DNA from: Candidatus Nealsonbacteria bacterium
GTDB lineage: Bacteria; Patescibacteriota; Minisyncoccia; Minisyncoccales; JANBVM01
Direction: 5' to 3'
Assembly (NCBI GenBank): GCA_047456315.1
Contig: CP179889.1
Location: forward strand, 56,966-120,965
DNA length: 64,000 bases
Every line of letters starts with the position of its first letter. Positions within the stretch are counted from its first letter, which is position 1. Shown here one piece after another: positions 56,222-64,000 of the stretch. Both the position numbers and the translations under genes were made by a program. The notes under the pieces were generated by a model. The model did not search any database and was not told the origin of the DNA. It was given only the letters and a program-made list of their open reading frames with translations.

Positions 56222-57152
56222 TTAACAAATCCAAAGCCGCCTCAGGATCAGATTTCCCTGTTTTAATACTAAGGTCTATCTCAAATATTTTTTGGTAGAT
56301 CTTTTTAAGTTCTAAAAAATCAAATTTTCTTGCCAGGACAGAGCTTTTTTTAATGACAAAAGGATGAAGTCCCGAAGAATAAGGAGAAAGGTTTTTAATA
56401 AGCAGGTCCTTAATAATTAATAAATTCCTGAACTGATAGTTAATCATTGAAAACAAATAAAAAGGACTGTCTCCTTTTTTTATATGATCCCTCAAAAGCT
56501 TTAGGGCTCTTTTTTTATCTTTTGAAGCTATGGCATCAATAGTGTTAAATATATTTGGTTCAACATAAGGCTTTATTAAAAGCTCAATATCTTTTACTTC
56601 TATTTCCTCGCCGTTCTTAAAATGAGCCAGTTTTTGAACCTCATTTATCATTTGCCAGGGGTTATTCTCAACAAAAGCTATAAATTTATCTAAGGCCTGC
56701 TCTTTGATTTTTGCTTTTCGCTCTTGAAATTCTTTTTTTAACCAATTCCTTAATTTTAAACCCTCAAGTAATTGGAACTCCTGGTTCTTGGCATATTTAT
56801 TTAAAAACTTAAGCAAAGCATCTCTTTTATCAACCTTGTCTGCTTCATAAAACAGAATTGTATTGTCAGATTCAATGAATTTTTTTCCTTTCTTCACAAA
56901 GCTTTTTTTAAAATCAGTATTTGAAAAAACATTTGTCAGTATTAATAATTTTTTCTCCTTAAATATTGAGGTTTGCTTAAGCTCATCTTCCAGTTCCTTA
57001 AAACTCAACTTCCTCACATCAAGATACTTCAAACTAAGCCCAGTTTTATGGATTTTCCTGTAATGCTCAGTTAATTCTTTTAGCTTCTTCCCAGACCTAT
57101 AATTATCTTGACCGTAAAGAAAAATAATCATAATTTTTGACACTGAGGGCAA
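56208..57152 (-). CDS. holA: DNA polymerase III delta subunit
   Basis: MIIFLYGQDNYRSGKKLKEL N-terminus; 314 aa; HolA-like architecture. Confidence 0.7.
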   Translation of the reverse strand: MPSVSKIMIIFLYGQDNYRSGKKLKELTEHYRKIHKTGLSLKYLDVRKLSFKELEDELKQTSIFKEKKLLILTNVFSNTDFKKSFVKKGKKFIESDNTILFYEADKVDKRDALLKFLNKYAKNQEFQLLEGLKLRNWLKKEFQERKAKIKEQALDKFIAFVENNPWQMINEVQKLAHFKNGEEIEVKDIELLIKPYVEPNIFNTIDAIASKDKKRALKLLRDHIKKGDSPFYLFSMINYQFRNLLIIKDLLIKNLSPYSSGLHPFVIKKSSVLARKFDFLELKKIYQKIFEIDLSIKTGKSDPEAALDLLITGI

Positions 57153-58009
57153 AAATGAGCTGACCTCCCTCCTATTTTTTTTCTTTTAATTTCACTTTTG
57201 CATCTAGGACATTTTTCTCCCTCTTTTCGATAAACTTTTCGTTTCAATTCATAAAATCCTTTTGTTCCATCAACTAATCTAAAATCAGAAATACTTGTTC
57301 CTTTAAGCTCAACTGCTTTTTTTAGAATTACTTTCATTGACTGATAAATTCTTTTAAGCTCTGTATTTGACAGATTTGAAACATCTTTGAAAGGATGAAT
57401 TTTTGAACGCCATAAAATCTCATCAGAATAAATATTTCCAATCCCAACAATAACATTCTGATTCATTAAGACTTGCTTGATTTTACCTTTTCTCTTTTTA
57501 CCAAGCGCTTGTTTGAATTTTTCAAAAGTAAAGTTTTTTTCTAATGGTTCAGGGCCTAGTTTTTTAAAACTTTCAGAAACTTTTAATTCATTTTTATCCC
57601 AAAGCTCAATTTTTGCAAACTTTCTTAAATCTGATAAAGCTAGTTGTTTTCCATCTTCGAAAAAAATAATGAAACGTAAATAATCATTTCTTGAATCATT
57701 TAGCATAGGGCCTTTTATCTTAGAAATCCATTTTCCCTTTTTCATCTGCCATTTACCAAAAAGTAAATGCCCTGTCATTTTTTGATGAATTAAAAGTATT
57801 TTATTACCTGACAAATTAATTAAAATATTCTTTCCTCTTCTTTTTATCTTTTCTGCTTTCCTTCCTTTAAGATGCTGCTTGAAATTTTCAAAACTGCCTG
57901 GTTTCTTTACAAGCTTTTTAGCATCTATCCAGACATCCTTGATTCTTTTGCCAATAATTGTTCTTCTTAATCCTCTTACTGTTGATTCTACTTCTGGCAG
58001 CTCTGGCAT
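57128..58009 (-). CDS. mutM: formamidopyrimidine-DNA glycosylase (Fpg/Nei family)
   Basis: MPELPEVE N-terminus (catalytic Pro2), an H2TH domain, and a C-terminal CxxC...CxxC zinc finger. Confidence 0.9.
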   Translation of the reverse strand: MPELPEVESTVRGLRRTIIGKRIKDVWIDAKKLVKKPGSFENFKQHLKGRKAEKIKRRGKNILINLSGNKILLIHQKMTGHLLFGKWQMKKGKWISKIKGPMLNDSRNDYLRFIIFFEDGKQLALSDLRKFAKIELWDKNELKVSESFKKLGPEPLEKNFTFEKFKQALGKKRKGKIKQVLMNQNVIVGIGNIYSDEILWRSKIHPFKDVSNLSNTELKRIYQSMKVILKKAVELKGTSISDFRLVDGTKGFYELKRKVYRKEGEKCPRCKSEIKRKKIGGRSAHFCPQCQKL

Positions 58010-58145
58010 AATACTTTTTTATTAACATAATTGGTGTTAAATAAAAAGACCAGCACCATAATCCTCTATCAATTAAAAAACCACCCTCTAGACTGAATAT
58101 TAAAATATTAACAGCCAAAAGGGTGGCCTTTTTATAAGATCTCAA

Positions 58146-58514
58146 TTATTTCAAATTATTCTTAATTTTTGAAATAATCTCTCCAGGAGTAAAGTGGGCC
58201 TTAATTAAATAATCAACAGCTCCCATTTTTAAACCCTTCTCAACCTCTTCTTTTTGTCCAAGGTTAGATAATATAATTACTGGAATGGATTTTACACTCT
58301 CATCTTTTTTTATCCGGGACAAAACCTCAAACCCATCGATACTAGGCAGAATCAAGTCAAGTAAAATCAAATCAGGTTTTTCCTCTTTAACTTTTTTGAT
58401 TCCCTCTTCTCCGTCCGCTGCTCCAACTGCGTCAAAACCCTCATCTGTAAGTTTACGAGAGATAAGTTCTCTTAAGAATCTGTCGTCTTCAATAATTAAT
58501 ATTTTTTTTGCCAT
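58146..58514 (-). CDS. stand-alone response regulator receiver domain (CheY-like)
   Basis: 122 aa; DD...D phospho-acceptor pattern (ILIIEDD...LILLDLILP) and a conserved K. Confidence 0.85.
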   Translation of the reverse strand: MAKKILIIEDDRFLRELISRKLTDEGFDAVGAADGEEGIKKVKEEKPDLILLDLILPSIDGFEVLSRIKKDESVKSIPVIILSNLGQKEEVEKGLKMGAVDYLIKAHFTPGEIISKIKNNLK

Positions 58515-58534
58515 ATTAACTAATAATTATAATA

Positions 58535-58903
58535 TTATTGACCAATTTGCTTTCTTACCTTATCAACAACCTCTTGAGGATCAAATTCTGTTTTAATTAA
58601 CCAATCTCTTGCCCCAAGATACTTAGCCTTATCAAGCTCCACTGGTTGGCCTGAATTGGAGATAACGATAATAGGTATTTTCTTCAGTTCTGGATCTTTA
58701 CCCATTTCTTCCATCACTTCATAACCGCTCTTTTTAGGCATAACAATATCCAATAAAACAATATCTGGCTTTGTTTCTCTTAAGGCCTTCAATCCTTCTT
58801 CTCCATTATGAGCTACTGAAACATCATATCCTTCCTGAAGCAGCTTTTTTTTAAGAAGGTCAATTATTATTTCTTCATCCTCGACTATTAAAACTTTTTT
58901 CAT
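58535..58903 (-). CDS. stand-alone response regulator receiver domain (CheY-like), paralog
   Basis: 122 aa with VLIVEDEE...IVLLDIVMP. Confidence 0.85.
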   Translation of the reverse strand: MKKVLIVEDEEIIIDLLKKKLLQEGYDVSVAHNGEEGLKALRETKPDIVLLDIVMPKKSGYEVMEEMGKDPELKKIPIIVISNSGQPVELDKAKYLGARDWLIKTEFDPQEVVDKVRKQIGQ

Positions 58904-58975
58904 GGTTATAACTATATATTAGCATTAATTAACGGTTTTATTATAACAAACTAGTAAAAAGAAGCCAATGTCAAG

Positions 58976-60532
58976 CTAGGCCTTCTTTAAGCGCTTATTG
59001 ATTTGATTCCTGATCGGGATAGTAAAATAAAAAGTAGTGCCTTTCTTTGGCCCGGATTCAAACCAAATTCTGCCGTCATGGGATGAAATAATGTTTTTAG
59101 TGATAAAAAGACCAAGGCCTGAACCATCGGTTTCCATTTTTATAACATTTGCTCCTCTGAAAAATTTTGTAAACACCCTTTCTTGTTGCTTCTCTGGAAT
59201 ACCCACACCAGAGTCCTTTACTGAAACAATAACTTCTTTACCGTTGCTGTCTAAGGTGACCACTACTTTACCCTTGGCAGAAGTATATTTTAAGGCATTA
59301 TCTACAAGATTCTGGAAAGCTAGTTTCATTTTTTCAACATCCAATAAAACTTTTGGAATTCTTTTTTTAATTTGTTTAAATTCAAGAGTTACCTGTCTTT
59401 TCTTTGCATCTCCTTGACAAGAATTAATCACAAATTGAAGAACCGGACCAATGTCGTTTAAGGCGGGCCTATGCAAATATCTTCCTTCTTCAATTCTTGT
59501 TACATTCAAAAGGTCGTTAATCAAAATTATCATTCTTTCGTTTGAACGATAGGTTTTGTTTAAAAACTCACGTTGCTCTGTTGATATTTCTCCTAAATCC
59601 CCGTCCAGCATCATTTTTAATGTCCACTTTATTGCAGAAAGAGGAGTTCTTAACTGATGAGCAGCAATAGAAACAAATTCAGTTTTCATGCGTTCAACTA
59701 TTTTTTCACGGCTGACATCGTGAAGTATTACCAAAGACCCAATTTTTGTCCCGTTTGTCATTAAGGGAACTGTGGAAACTTCCAAGATAAAATTCTCTGT
59801 TAATTTCAGTTCTCTTCTAGACAAACCTTCTCTTATTTCTCCGCCAATTAAATCTGCTAAATTTTTAACCGGATCAAACTTAAAAAAATCTACAGCTCTT
59901 TGCCCGATTAATTTCTCTCTTTCAATCATTAATAAGCTTTCAGCCCGTGGGTTCATTAAAGCCAAATAGTTTGTTTTATCAAAAACCAACAAACCATCAG
60001 TAAGATTGTTAATGATTTCCTGGGTTTTGCTTCTTTCTTCTTCAGCCACTTGTCTTGCGCCTTCAGTGTCTTCCAAGATATTCATTAAAGCTAATTGAGC
60101 CTCTCTTAACTCTCTTTCACCTTCTTTGATTTTTGTTAAATCAAAAAGCCCTAAAAAATAACCAACTACTTCTCCTTTTTCATCTTTTCTTACTCTTGTA
60201 AAAGCCTGAATAAATATCTTTTCTTTTCCTTTGGGAGAGAAAGTCATTTCTTTCCCCTTAACAATTCCTTTTTCTAAAGTGTCTTTTGTTAAATTTTCTG
60301 CTTCATCCTTCTTAAATACTTTCTCAATAGCTTCCCCGATGATCTCATAAGATTTAAATCCTGAAATATTTTCAAAAGCAGGATTGATTTCTAGAACCAC
60401 ACCAATCGGGCTAACAAAACAAATCGGCAAAGGAGAAAAACTAAAAAGATCATGAATGTAGCTTTCAAGTGATGCTAAGTCATCAGCTAAAAGAGATAGC
60501 TTTTTTTCTTCTGATGGTTCTGTTACTGCCAT
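58976..60532 (-). CDS. sensor histidine kinase with PAS domain(s)
   Basis: HisKA H-box SIAAHQLRTPLSAIKW and HATPase_c G-boxes (DSGVGIP, GSGLGL); N-terminal PAS-like regions. Confidence 0.85.
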   Translation of the reverse strand: MAVTEPSEEKKLSLLADDLASLESYIHDLFSFSPLPICFVSPIGVVLEINPAFENISGFKSYEIIGEAIEKVFKKDEAENLTKDTLEKGIVKGKEMTFSPKGKEKIFIQAFTRVRKDEKGEVVGYFLGLFDLTKIKEGERELREAQLALMNILEDTEGARQVAEEERSKTQEIINNLTDGLLVFDKTNYLALMNPRAESLLMIEREKLIGQRAVDFFKFDPVKNLADLIGGEIREGLSRRELKLTENFILEVSTVPLMTNGTKIGSLVILHDVSREKIVERMKTEFVSIAAHQLRTPLSAIKWTLKMMLDGDLGEISTEQREFLNKTYRSNERMIILINDLLNVTRIEEGRYLHRPALNDIGPVLQFVINSCQGDAKKRQVTLEFKQIKKRIPKVLLDVEKMKLAFQNLVDNALKYTSAKGKVVVTLDSNGKEVIVSVKDSGVGIPEKQQERVFTKFFRGANVIKMETDGSGLGLFITKNIISSHDGRIWFESGPKKGTTFYFTIPIRNQINKRLKKA

Positions 60533-61131
60533 TTTACTGTGAATTCATGATAAGGATCTCCTTTAAAAACACATTTTGTTTCTCGGGAATCTATTTTTGA
60601 TGCTTTAACTAGCATCTGCACGATTCCTGCAAAATACCCTTCTAAATAAATACAATACACAGGATGAAGGTCAAATTCCTCCACTCTTATAACAGCGTAT
60701 TTTTGCTTTTCATCCAGCTCTACTGGAACCAGTTTTCCAACTGTCCAGTGCTTGCTCCATATTTTAGGGGATTCCTTCATGACAACCCTTTTCACGGAAA
60801 GAAAATATTTCGTAAAAAGTCTGATAATTAAAGACATCTTTGTTGCAAAGGTTCCCATTTTCCTGATATCATTATCATTAAAATTAAAAATCTCTTTAAT
60901 TACTAAAAGAGAAAGGACTCTTAATCCAACAGGGTAAAACCCCATAGTGCTTATCTGATTGTACTTAATTGGATGACCAAGCTCTTCTAGTTTCTTCTCC
61001 AGCTGCGCTATTCCTTTTTTTCCTTTTTCTTTAAGAATGTATTCTTCATCAGTTTTTAAAACAACACCTCTCACTTCACCCTTAATTTGCATTAGCTGGT
61101 CAATTGTTTCCTTATTAATAGTTTCACTCAT
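60523..61131 (-). CDS. hypothetical sensory/accessory protein upstream of the histidine kinase
   Basis: 202-aa ORF overlapping the HK start; has a C-terminal Cys/His-containing region. Confidence 0.4.
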   Translation of the reverse strand: MSETINKETIDQLMQIKGEVRGVVLKTDEEYILKEKGKKGIAQLEKKLEELGHPIKYNQISTMGFYPVGLRVLSLLVIKEIFNFNDNDIRKMGTFATKMSLIIRLFTKYFLSVKRVVMKESPKIWSKHWTVGKLVPVELDEKQKYAVIRVEEFDLHPVYCIYLEGYFAGIVQMLVKASKIDSRETKCVFKGDPYHEFTVKWQ

Positions 61132-61133
61132 AA

Positions 61134-62036
61134 TTAAGATTGCTTATTATTTTTATTATTTTTTTGAAGTTCTTTTAACTTTTTCTTTAATTCTACCATC
61201 TTTATTTCTCTTCCCACAGCAAACTTCTGGAATCTTTCCAGTTCCTGAACCTTTTTTTGAATTTCTTTTGTTCTTTTTTTAACTTTTTCTTCAAGACCTT
61301 GAGTTAATTCTTCCAGCTCATTAACTCTAGCTCTTACCCTTACTTCTAAAGTTTTTTTAGTATCTTCTAAAATAGCTCGCGTGCTTTCTATCTCTTTTAC
61401 TTTTTGTTTTAAATCTTTGTTGGTTTTTTCCAACTCAACTTGTGTTGCTGATATACTACTGCTTTGTTTTCTTATTATTTTCGAATAGCGATTTGCAACC
61501 AGCACTGACAATATAAAAATCACAGAAATTGTAAAAACTCTTGAAAAAATATGATATGGGTCTTTATAAACTCCAGTAGGTCCAAAAGGAGCTGCATGAG
61601 GAATAATATCAAAATATTCTAAAGCAACTAGAGCTGAAAAGGATAGTATGGATAAAAAGGTTATGATAAGGCTTCTTTTTTCGGACAAAAGAAAAACTGA
61701 ATAAATTATTATCGTAGAATATAAAAGAGGAACAAAAGATTCTATTCCTCCAAGATAATAAACAATCATTGTTAGAATTAAAATATGGATAATAAAAAAC
61801 CTAAAATGAGCCCTATTAATAACATCTATCTTCTTTTTTCTTTCTATATAAAAACGAAAAACCAATAAAGCTGCTATCCAGAAAATCAGCCAGAAAAAAA
61901 CTTGAAAAGGAAGAGGAACTTCAAAAACATATTTTAAAATAAACAAAACAACAAGAAAAACTACTAAGGTAATCGTTGTCGAAATAATGGCCCAGACCAC
62001 TTTTTTTAATAAAGGTTTTATCTTCTCGTTATTCAT
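61134..62036 (-). CDS. hypothetical membrane protein with a C-terminal coiled-coil
   Basis: 300 aa; ~6 TM helices followed by a charged, heptad-like tail (ELEKTNKDLKQKVKEIE...). Confidence 0.5.
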   Translation of the reverse strand: MNNEKIKPLLKKVVWAIISTTITLVVFLVVLFILKYVFEVPLPFQVFFWLIFWIAALLVFRFYIERKKKIDVINRAHFRFFIIHILILTMIVYYLGGIESFVPLLYSTIIIYSVFLLSEKRSLIITFLSILSFSALVALEYFDIIPHAAPFGPTGVYKDPYHIFSRVFTISVIFILSVLVANRYSKIIRKQSSSISATQVELEKTNKDLKQKVKEIESTRAILEDTKKTLEVRVRARVNELEELTQGLEEKVKKRTKEIQKKVQELERFQKFAVGREIKMVELKKKLKELQKNNKNNKQS

Positions 62037-62054
62037 ATATTTCTTTTAAATATT

Positions 62055-63002
62055 TTACCATAATGTTAATTTTTGAACACTTTTTTCTTTTTCTTGCTCC
62101 GGCTCTTTAATTCTTTTAATTAAAGTATAAAATTCAAACTTCTCAAGTATCGAAATTGCTTTATTTTCATCATAATTCTCCCACTTATACTTTTGAGGAC
62201 TAACTTCAATTGGGACATTTTTATAAATCGTAGCCAGCTCCTGGCTGAAAAAAGCTTGTTCTTTGTATTTAGTTAAAAGCTCTTTTATTCTGGGCTTTAT
62301 TTTCTCTGATTCTTCTGTTCTTTCTTCTAACTGCTTGTAAATATTTTCCAGTGTTCCAAATTCTTTTAAAAGACGTATTGCAGTTTTTTCTCCTATTCCT
62401 GTTATTCCTGGAATATTATCTGAAGGATCACCCCTTAAAGCTCTTAAATCAATTAACTGATCAGAATTCAAACCCTCATATCTTTCCCTGACTAAATCCT
62501 CATCATAAAGTACAGTATTTTTAACTCCTCTTTTTAAAAGATAAACCTTGGTTTGCTTGTCAACTAATTGGAGAGTGTCCAAATCTCCACTTAAAATGAT
62601 TGTTTCAATTTCAGGAAAAATTTGTTTTTTAGAAAACTTTTTACTAATTGTCCCTATAATATCGTCTGCTTCAAACCCCTCTTTTTCTATAACTTGAACA
62701 TCAAAAGCTTTTAAAACCTGTTTTACTTTTGGAATCTGCTCATAAAGCTCATCTGGCGCTTTTGGTCTTTTTGCCTTGTATTCTTTAAATTTCTTATGGC
62801 GAAAAGTAGGGGCAGGGAAATCAAAGCAGGCTGCAATATAGTCTGGTTTGAATTCTTTAATTGCTTTTAGAAAAACAAGTAAAAACCCATAAATTGCATT
62901 AACTATTTCCCCTTTTTTGGTTGTTAAAGGGGGTAGAGCATGAAAAGCTCTATGAATCACTGAATTGCTGTCAATAATAATTAAGCGTTTTTTTTTGGCC
63001 AT
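62055..63002 (-). CDS. 5'-3' exonuclease (Pol I N-terminal / FEN-like)
   Basis: RLIIIDSNSVIHRAFHALPP plus H3TH motifs; 315 aa. Confidence 0.85.
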   Translation of the reverse strand: MAKKKRLIIIDSNSVIHRAFHALPPLTTKKGEIVNAIYGFLLVFLKAIKEFKPDYIAACFDFPAPTFRHKKFKEYKAKRPKAPDELYEQIPKVKQVLKAFDVQVIEKEGFEADDIIGTISKKFSKKQIFPEIETIILSGDLDTLQLVDKQTKVYLLKRGVKNTVLYDEDLVRERYEGLNSDQLIDLRALRGDPSDNIPGITGIGEKTAIRLLKEFGTLENIYKQLEERTEESEKIKPRIKELLTKYKEQAFFSQELATIYKNVPIEVSPQKYKWENYDENKAISILEKFEFYTLIKRIKEPEQEKEKSVQKLTLW

Positions 63003-63445
63003 TTAATTGTTATCTTTCTTTTATTTTTATTATAAAACTCAAAATTAATAAAGGTTGTGCTTGGGGGTAGTATTTTTTCAATACGCTTAGCCCACTCAAT
63101 AGCAACAATGTTTTTAGAACCAGTAATAATTTCTTTAAATCCTAAATCTGAAATCTCTTTCGGTTCTTTAATACGGTAGCAGTCAATATGAAAAAAGAAT
63201 TTAAAGTTTGGATGTTTAATTTTGAATTTTTTCAGAATAACAAAGGTCGGGCTTAAAATCTTTTCTCTTATTCCCATACCCCTAGCAAAACCCTGCAGGA
63301 ATGTGGTTTTTCCTCCACCTAATTCACCCTCTAAAGCCAGAACATGTGCTTTTCTTTTACTCTTTGTTTTTAGAATTTTTTCTGCCAAGCCTTTGCCTAA
63401 ATCTCTTGTTTCTTTGGCAGTATTGGTAATATATTTAAATTTCAT
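62981..63445 (-). CDS. tsaE: tRNA threonylcarbamoyladenosine biosynthesis protein TsaE
   Basis: Walker A LEGELGGGKTTFLQGFARGMGI is typical of TsaE/YjeE. Confidence 0.85.
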   Translation of the reverse strand: MKFKYITNTAKETRDLGKGLAEKILKTKSKRKAHVLALEGELGGGKTTFLQGFARGMGIREKILSPTFVILKKFKIKHPNFKFFFHIDCYRIKEPKEISDLGFKEIITGSKNIVAIEWAKRIEKILPPSTTFINFEFYNKNKRKITIKWPKKNA

Positions 63446-63549
63446 TTTTGAACTAAAAATTAGTGAAATTGACTTTTAAATGAAGATAATATAAATTCAA
63501 TTAATACTGACTTATCAATTATTTCTCGCTTTATCTATTTTAGATTTTT

Positions 63550-64000
63550 ATGCAAGAAATTTCAAAAAAAATTACAGGAGAGACAGAAATAACAAAAGAT
63601 ATTTTCTCTGAAATCAAAAAGGAGGTAGAAAACATCTCTGGCTTTAAAAAGAAAATTGAAGACTCGCTTAAAGGAAGATTAACGGGAATATTAGAGATTA
63701 TTTTAGGAGGAACGATATTTCTTAAGGCCTCTGACATCCATTTTGAACCAAAAGAGGAAAGTATGGATCTTCGTATTAGAATAGATGGACTTTTGCAAAG
63801 CGTTTTGTCTTTAGATAAAAAGACATACCAATCAATAATATCAAGAGTAAAGCTTCTTTCAAAGCTGCAATTAAATATTACAGATCGACCTCAGGATGGT
63901 CGGTTTTCTATTTTAATGCCACCTGAAAAAGCAGATGAGAAACCTTTGCTAATAGAAATTAGAACCTCAATCCTTCCATCTGAATACGGAGAAACAATAG
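63550..64000 (+). CDS. type II/IV secretion system ATPase (GspE/PilB family), N-terminal part. It is partial and continues beyond the window end.
   Basis: ASDIHFEPKEESMDLRIRIDGLL matches the conserved GspE N-terminal-domain motif. Confidence 0.7.
   Translation, partial: MQEISKKITGETEITKDIFSEIKKEVENISGFKKKIEDSLKGRLTGILEIILGGTIFLKASDIHFEPKEESMDLRIRIDGLLQSVLSLDKKTYQSIISRVKLLSKLQLNITDRPQDGRFSILMPPEKADEKPLLIEIRTSILPSEYGETI

Overview
This is a low-GC (~33%), tightly packed, mostly minus-strand-coded bacterial window. Its gene content looks like Candidate Phyla Radiation / Patescibacteria. It carries many housekeeping genes: glmS, leuS, metG, glyS, ileS, argS, recO, smpB, the infC-rpmI-rplT operon, rpsT, holA, fpg, tsaE and greA. 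A bacterial mevalonate pathway is present but split, with class II HMG-CoA reductase next to argS and a mvk/mvaD/GHMP-kinase operon about 7 kb away. Several genes are archaeal/eukaryal-like: an Elp3 homolog, RtcB, PolX, an EndoQ-like PHP protein, a presenilin/SPP-like intramembrane protease, and a type-2 IleRS. A tmRNA (ssrA) lies directly after smpB and is followed within 3 nt by a LAGLIDADG homing-endonuclease ORF. Two things stand out most. First, the IleRS has a complete histidine-phosphatase (PGAM-like, RHGE...SHG) domain of about 200 aa inserted between the RERYWGTPLP and DLHRPFID motifs. Second, a family of at least six GC-rich structured elements of about 80-200 nt sits in intergenic regions between 13.6 and 27.7 kb, on both strands. 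These elements share a tRNA-T-arm-like core (GGGCGACYGAGRSGGGTTCRARTCCTACCGCCKGAGCAGG), are mostly followed by a GC-hairpin plus T-run, and do not fold as canonical tRNAs. Other notable points are a chagasin-family (NPTTGYQW) protease inhibitor and an internally duplicated Cys-rich secreted protein that share a conserved ~38-nt upstream motif, a short relic copy of the tatD 5' end, an ECF-sigma-like N-terminal fragment, and an activase (BcrAD/HgdC family) operon with two uncharacterised partner proteins. No rRNA, CRISPR array or canonical tRNA could be supported from the sequence.
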